Shown piece after piece: positions 59,255 to 64,000 of a DNA stretch of 64,000 bases. Positions within the stretch are counted from its first letter, which is position 1. Every line of letters starts with the position of its first letter. Made by a program: the position numbers and the translations under genes. The notes below the pieces were generated by a model. It was not told where the DNA came from and made no database searches. It saw only the letters and a program-made list of their open reading frames with translations. The stretch comes from a bacterium (lineage in GTDB: Bacteria; UBA8248): positions 1,984,001 to 2,048,000 of the forward strand of contig OZ241326.1 of the NCBI GenBank assembly GCA_965199855.1, in the 5' to 3' direction.

Positions 59255-60145
59255 TCACAAGCGCGTCCCCGCAATCTCCTCGTAATCACGATACAGCAAC
59301 GAGAAATCTTTTTCGATCATCCCGCGCTTGACGGCCTTGCGCAGAAACGCGAGCGTGGCTTCTCCGTGCTTCGTCTGCGCCTTGTGCCTCTTCGCCATTT
59401 CGACGGCCAGGCCCACGTCCTTTATCATGTTGTAGACGCGCGATTTAGCGTCCCAGGTCCCCGACAATATGTGATTCGGGAAGCGGGCCTCGCTCGCGTA
59501 GCTCCGCGCGTTGGAGACGTTGAACACGCGAATCATGTCTTCGAGCCTGATTCCCGCCCTCTCGGCGAGACGCCCCCCCTCGCAGGTCGCCATGAAGATG
59601 GAGTGACAAACCATGTTGTGAATCAGTTTCAAGGCATGGCCCGCCCCGCTTTCGCCCAGATAGAAAAGGTTGTCGGCAATCGGCCGCAAAAACCGCTTCG
59701 TCCTGCGAAACGCGCGTTCGTCTCCGCCTATCATCAGCGTCAGCGTACCGGCCGTCGCCCCAGACGCGCCCCCGCTCATGCCGGCGTCGAGATAGACCGT
59801 CCCGCGCGCCTTCGCGCGTCTGGCGATTTTCCGGGTCACGTCGGGGTCGGAGCTTGTGAAGTCGTAAATCACCAGGTTCTTCCGCGCATTCGCTAAAACG
59901 CCCGCTTTTCCTTTCAGACACGCCTCGATTTCGGGCGATCCCGGAACGACGAAAAAGACAATTCTCGCCTGCCCCGCCATCTCGCCCGGCTCGAGGATCT
60001 CGACGCTCCGCTTTCCGTCCCACGGGCGCCTCGCCTCGGGCGCCGCGTCCCAAACCATCAAGGGCACTTTCGCCTTGTGAAAATTGGCGGCGATGCCGCG
60101 CCCCATGTTCCCCAGACCCACCACGCCGATTTTCGCCTGCGCCAT
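59255..60145 (-). CDS. NAD(P)-dependent beta-hydroxyacid dehydrogenase family protein
   Basis: VGLGNMG, LDAGMSGG, LTLMIGG, KLIHN. Confidence 0.88.
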   Translation of the reverse strand: MAQAKIGVVGLGNMGRGIAANFHKAKVPLMVWDAAPEARRPWDGKRSVEILEPGEMAGQARIVFFVVPGSPEIEACLKGKAGVLANARKNLVIYDFTSSDPDVTRKIARRAKARGTVYLDAGMSGGASGATAGTLTLMIGGDERAFRRTKRFLRPIADNLFYLGESGAGHALKLIHNMVCHSIFMATCEGGRLAERAGIRLEDMIRVFNVSNARSYASEARFPNHILSGTWDAKSRVYNMIKDVGLAVEMAKRHKAQTKHGEATLAFLRKAVKRGMIEKDFSLLYRDYEEIAGTRL

Positions 60146-60148
60146 CCC

Positions 60149-61906
60149 TCATTCCTCTCCTTGCCGCGTCTGCCCGGCCGCCCTCGCTTTGGCGGACGCG
60201 GGCGACCGCGTCTTCAACGGGTCCTTGCCGAAAAGAATCTCTCCCTTCTCCCCGCGCGTCAGGCGCGTCACGAAAGCGCCGTCCTTTTCGTTCGTCTCGG
60301 GATAATCGAGTCTGAAATGCGCGCCCCGGCTCTCTTTCCTGTTCAGGGCGGCGGTGGCGAGCAACTTGCCCAGAAGCGCCAGATTCCTGACCGACAGCGC
60401 GCTCTCCAGTTCCTGACCCCTCGTTTTCCGGGACGACCGCGCGCCCTCGGCCAGGCGCATGCGAGGAATTTCCGCGCGTTCAATGCGCTCGAACTCGCCC
60501 AAGGCGTCCCGGCAGCCTCCGGCGTCGCGTATGGGACCGAGCTTCTCATGCGCAAGCATCCGGCAACGCATCCGCACGTCCTTCTGGAGCGGTCCGTCCT
60601 CCCGATCGATGAGCGCCCCGAGCCAAGCACGCTCAGATTCGGGAATATCCCCGAAAGCCGCCGGCGAGCCTCCCCCCTCTCGCTTCACTTTCTCGGAGAC
60701 CGCTCGCCCGGCCCGCCTCCCGTAAACCAGGGAGGCGGAGAGCGCGGAGCCGCCGATGCGGTTTCCGCCGTGAATGCCGCCTCCCGTCTCTCCCGCGGCC
60801 CAAAGCCCCGGCACGCCCGTTTTTCCGTTCACGTCGATCTCCAAGCCTCCGAGCCAGGTATGGCTGCCCGGAGCCACCTCCAGGGGCGTTTTAGTGATGT
60901 CCACGCCACGCGCGAGGCACGTTTTATAGACGTGGGGAATCTGCTTCTGAATCGTCTCCATGGGGACGTGGGTCGCATCCATGTAGATGCCGCCGGTGAG
61001 GCCCGCGCGGCCCGCGTGAATCTCCTTCGCCATGGCGAGGATGACTTCGCTGCGCGTGCTCCTCTCCGCCGTGTCTGGAAAATAGCGCTTCAAAAACGCC
61101 TCGCCCTCCCGGTTCAGGAACACGGCGCCCGCGTTGATGAACCCCGTGGGGTGCGGGGCGAAGCCGAACAGCTCCTCCGGCGCACAGCACATGGCCTGAA
61201 AGTCGACCATCTCGATGCCGAGCAGAGGCGCGCCCGCCCGGAAGCCCAGCACGTAGCCGTCGCCCGTCACCTGCGGTGGATTGTCGTTGACGTAGAAAAG
61301 GCCGCTCCCGCCGCCCGTAGCCAGAATCACCTCGCGCGCGGCGTAGACGACAAGACGGCAACGCGAATAATCCACCCCCCAGGCGCCGACGACGCACCCG
61401 GCTTCGGTGATGAGATCCACAATCGCCGTATGGGGGTGCTGTCGGATGCGGGCGTCAGCCCGCAGTTTCTTCGAGAGCGCCTTGGTGACCATGTTGCCCG
61501 TCGTGTCGTGGCGGTGCAGGGCGCGGGGATAAGTGTGGCTGGGAAACATTTTGAGATCGAGGTCGCCCGCCTCGTCCATGACGAATTCGCCCCCCCACGC
61601 GCGCAGATCGCGCACGACGTCGATGATGTCATGCACCCAGACCTCGGCCAGCGTCGGATCGATGAGCTCGCCGCCGTATTTGAGAATTTCCCGCAAGTGA
61701 AGCTCCGGACTGTCGCCCGGAGCCATGGCCGCCGCGAAGCCGCCCCTCGCCACCGTCGTGGCGCCGCTCGTCGCCCGGCCCTTGGTGGCCTGGATGACGC
61801 TCACGCCCGCCTGCGCGCACTCAAAGGCGGCCATCGTGCCCGCGGCGCCCCCGCCCACGATCAGCACGTCGGCCTCGTGCCGCTCCTCGGCAACGTTTCC
61901 CGTCAT
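60149..61906 (-). CDS. FAD-dependent oxidoreductase, SdhA/FrdA/NadB flavoprotein family
   Basis: GGGAAG, LATGG, TGDG, HTWLGG, HGGNRIGG, ESRGAHFRLDYP. Confidence 0.88.
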   Translation of the reverse strand: MTGNVAEERHEADVLIVGGGAAGTMAAFECAQAGVSVIQATKGRATSGATTVARGGFAAAMAPGDSPELHLREILKYGGELIDPTLAEVWVHDIIDVVRDLRAWGGEFVMDEAGDLDLKMFPSHTYPRALHRHDTTGNMVTKALSKKLRADARIRQHPHTAIVDLITEAGCVVGAWGVDYSRCRLVVYAAREVILATGGGSGLFYVNDNPPQVTGDGYVLGFRAGAPLLGIEMVDFQAMCCAPEELFGFAPHPTGFINAGAVFLNREGEAFLKRYFPDTAERSTRSEVILAMAKEIHAGRAGLTGGIYMDATHVPMETIQKQIPHVYKTCLARGVDITKTPLEVAPGSHTWLGGLEIDVNGKTGVPGLWAAGETGGGIHGGNRIGGSALSASLVYGRRAGRAVSEKVKREGGGSPAAFGDIPESERAWLGALIDREDGPLQKDVRMRCRMLAHEKLGPIRDAGGCRDALGEFERIERAEIPRMRLAEGARSSRKTRGQELESALSVRNLALLGKLLATAALNRKESRGAHFRLDYPETNEKDGAFVTRLTRGEKGEILFGKDPLKTRSPASAKARAAGQTRQGEE

Positions 61907-62205
61907 CCGAACTCGTCCTTCCGCGCCAGTGATTCCTGGGATGATGGCCCGTTCGGCTCATCTTAAAGCATTTCGGCGGGAAAAACCTAGACCGCGCGCG
62001 GGAAACTCCTGAAAGACGCGCCAAACCGCGGCGCGCTTTTCTGAAAAGCCTTTTCCCGGCCTCAAAGGCTTGGAGAAACGCATCCGAAAAAAACCGCCGA
62101 AGGACACTGAGCGGAATTTTGAATTCTTCACTGGGGCTTCGTGCGATGAGCCTGACGAACGCCAAGGCGTCGCCGCCTCATGTCGAGATGACGGCGCGCG
62201 CCGTC

Positions 62206-63450
62206 TCAGCCTTGCTCCAGCATCGAGATCATCGCGTCCGCGCACGCATCGGCGAAAGCTGCATCGTTGATGTGGAGATCGAGCGTGACGACCTCCCCCC
62301 GCTTCAGGTTTTTCCTCAGCGAAGCCGCGAAGGCGGCGTCCGCCTCTGGACTACGCCAGTCGCTCCTCTCGCGGCCTTCGAGATCGTGGGTTTTCCGCTT
62401 CGTGTGTTCGCTGTATCCCCTGGCGGGAATCAGCACGCGAAGAGGGCCTTTGGCGCGGTTCAGCTTCTCCGCCATGAGAACGCCCAAGGCCTCGAATTCC
62501 CCCTTGTTCGTGCGCATCAGGAGGTTCTGGGCGTTGTATTGAAAAAACGTCCTGTCCTGATATTTCCCAGGCACGCGCCCCGTCCAGAAATTCGCATGAT
62601 CGAGCGCACCCGGAGCCACGACCTGGGGAATGCCCGCCTCCCCCGCCGCCTCCAGCCTGCTCTCGCCCGCGCTATAGACGCCGTCCACGAGCAGATCCAT
62701 CAGCTCGTGCGTGGTGACATCCACGACGCCTGCGAGCTCGCCCAGACCGGCCAGGGATTCCAGCGCGCGGCCGCCGGGGCCCGAGGCGTGAAAGAGGATG
62801 ATCTCATAGCCCGCCTTCGCCAGCCTTTGCTCCACGCGATTGACGCATCCGGCCGTGCCGCCGAAGGAGGAGACCCCGATGAGGGGCGGGGCGGCGCGGC
62901 CGCCGTCTTGCGGCGTCCCCTCGCGCTTCATCATTCCCGAGAGGGCGAGCGCCGCGTTTTCAATCACTCCCCTCGTGATGCGGTTGAGGGACAAATCGCC
63001 AATCGAGGGAAACATCACGATGTCGCTTTCCGCCACGTACCACTGCACGGCCGCCGTGGCGGCGACGACGCTCACCATCACCTTAGGAGCCAAGGGTGGC
63101 AAGACGCGCATGACGCCGCACGCCATCGAGGTTCCGTTCGCCCCGCCGAGGCCGATGGCGCCCCTGATTTCTCCTGCTCTGAATTTTTCGGCCAGAATCC
63201 GCCTTCCGCCCTCCGTCATTGCTTCGGAGGCGGCACTTCTCTCCATGCGTGCCAATTCGTCCCAAGTCCTGTCCGCTTTCGAGGCAAGTTCCGCGCCGCT
63301 AACGTCCGCGCCCAAGACCTCATGCGGCCGGCAGGACAAATCGACCAAAAGGGGCTTCACGCCGCATCTTTCCAGCCTTTCGGCCAGAAAGCGCGCCTCA
63401 ACCCCCTTGCTGTCCATCGTCGCCAGCACCGCCGCGTGCGGAATCGACAT
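62206..63450 (-). CDS. Tm-1-like ATP-binding domain protein (UPF0261)
   Basis: TMDSKG, GGANGT, PKVMVS, FHASGPGG, DVTTHEL, PGALD, LMRT, HIND. Confidence 0.88.
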   Translation of the reverse strand: MSIPHAAVLATMDSKGVEARFLAERLERCGVKPLLVDLSCRPHEVLGADVSGAELASKADRTWDELARMERSAASEAMTEGGRRILAEKFRAGEIRGAIGLGGANGTSMACGVMRVLPPLAPKVMVSVVAATAAVQWYVAESDIVMFPSIGDLSLNRITRGVIENAALALSGMMKREGTPQDGGRAAPPLIGVSSFGGTAGCVNRVEQRLAKAGYEIILFHASGPGGRALESLAGLGELAGVVDVTTHELMDLLVDGVYSAGESRLEAAGEAGIPQVVAPGALDHANFWTGRVPGKYQDRTFFQYNAQNLLMRTNKGEFEALGVLMAEKLNRAKGPLRVLIPARGYSEHTKRKTHDLEGRERSDWRSPEADAAFAASLRKNLKRGEVVTLDLHINDAAFADACADAMISMLEQG

Positions 63451-63510
63451 ATATTCCCCTTATGAAATAACTATCAATGCGTTAAAAAGGTATACCTAAA
63501 GCGTTGATTT

Positions 63511-64000
63511 CTATTTTCTCAGCCTCACCGACTTGAAACTCCGGGCCGCCTTCGGCACCGCCTCCTCCACAGGAAAGCGCTCGGCGGAGGAGCCCCCCAC
63601 ATAGCCGTCGAAGCGGCTCTCCATATCGAGCAGCTTTTCAAAATCTTCCGGAGCTTCTATGGGACCGCCGTGGCAGGTGAAAATTTTATCTTCATATCTG
63701 GGCAACAGGGCATCGAAGATATCCGCCGCCTTTCGGGCGGCTTCGGCAAGCGGCATGACCGTCTTCGAGCCGATCGAGCCGCCCGAACTGTTGCCGAAAT
63801 GAATAATGATGTTGTCCACGCCCGCCTCCGCCATGGCGAGGGCCTCATCCGGCGTGGTCGTAAAAGCTTTGGTGAATATGCCCTTGCGGCTCGCGCGGCC
63901 CAGCACATCCACCTCTCTCGAAAACCCCATGCCCGTTTCTTCCAGATCCTTCCTGAAATTTCCATCAATCAGGGCGACCGTGGGGCAGTTCATCACGCCG
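63511..64000 (-). CDS. PEP-hydrolase-like TIM-barrel protein (TIM-barrel signal transduction family), 5' end outside the window
   Basis: N.PTVALIDGNFRKDLEETGMGF..EV, CHGGPI, GGSSAER; canonical partner of UPF0261. Confidence 0.82.
   Translation of the reverse strand, partial: GVMNCPTVALIDGNFRKDLEETGMGFSREVDVLGRASRKGIFTKAFTTTPDEALAMAEAGVDNIIIHFGNSSGGSIGSKTVMPLAEAARKAADIFDALLPRYEDKIFTCHGGPIEAPEDFEKLLDMESRFDGYVGGSSAERFPVEEAVPKAARSFKSVRLRK

Noticed and set aside
20790-60152. Systematic stop read-through at in-frame stop-NNN-start junctions (DMT/DMT, ccsA/hemA, flavoprotein/HIBADH)
   Set aside because: Both partners are complete proteins with their own starts. Short spacing is ordinary operon packing, and the stops are not at catalytic positions.
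150-63968. Numerous long antisense or alternate-frame ORFs in the track (e.g. 4191..6662, 11806..13974, 40845..43037, 53040..55100)
   Set aside because: These are shadow ORFs expected at high GC; each overlaps a well-supported gene and has no recognisable motifs.

Overview
GC-rich bacterial chromosomal window. The ccsA-hemA-hemC-hemD-hemB order and dense redox and transport content resemble Deltaproteobacteria/Nitrospinota/Tectomicrobia-like genomes, but the taxonomy is inference only. It holds about 55 CDS: housekeeping genes (mtaB, glnA, hem operon, pyrD/pyrK, plsC, ClC), acyl-CoA enzymes, two incomplete but complementary xanthine-dehydrogenase-family clusters, an ABC and a TAXI-TRAP transporter, and a long uncharacterised minus-strand catabolic operon (TIM-barrel, Tm-1-like, flavoprotein, HIBADH-like, UbiX, FdrA, amidase). 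Signals the ORF track misses: (1) two genes whose in-frame UGA sits exactly at the catalytic cysteine and is followed by a SECIS-like hairpin, i.e. likely selenoproteins (DsbA/FrnE UPWC; rhodanese UQTGYR); (2) an autotransporter with 13 x CCGACTCA just after its start (probable phase-variation switch, currently ON), embedded in about 2 kb of two-family REP mosaics with a thrice-repeated composite module, phased 21-bp repeats and a consensus IHF site; (3) a GlnR-like orphan regulator with a GAAAC-n6-GAAAC box upstream of glnA; (4) two probable non-canonical start codons (CTG, ATT). No rRNA, tRNA, CRISPR array, transposase or integrase was recognised.
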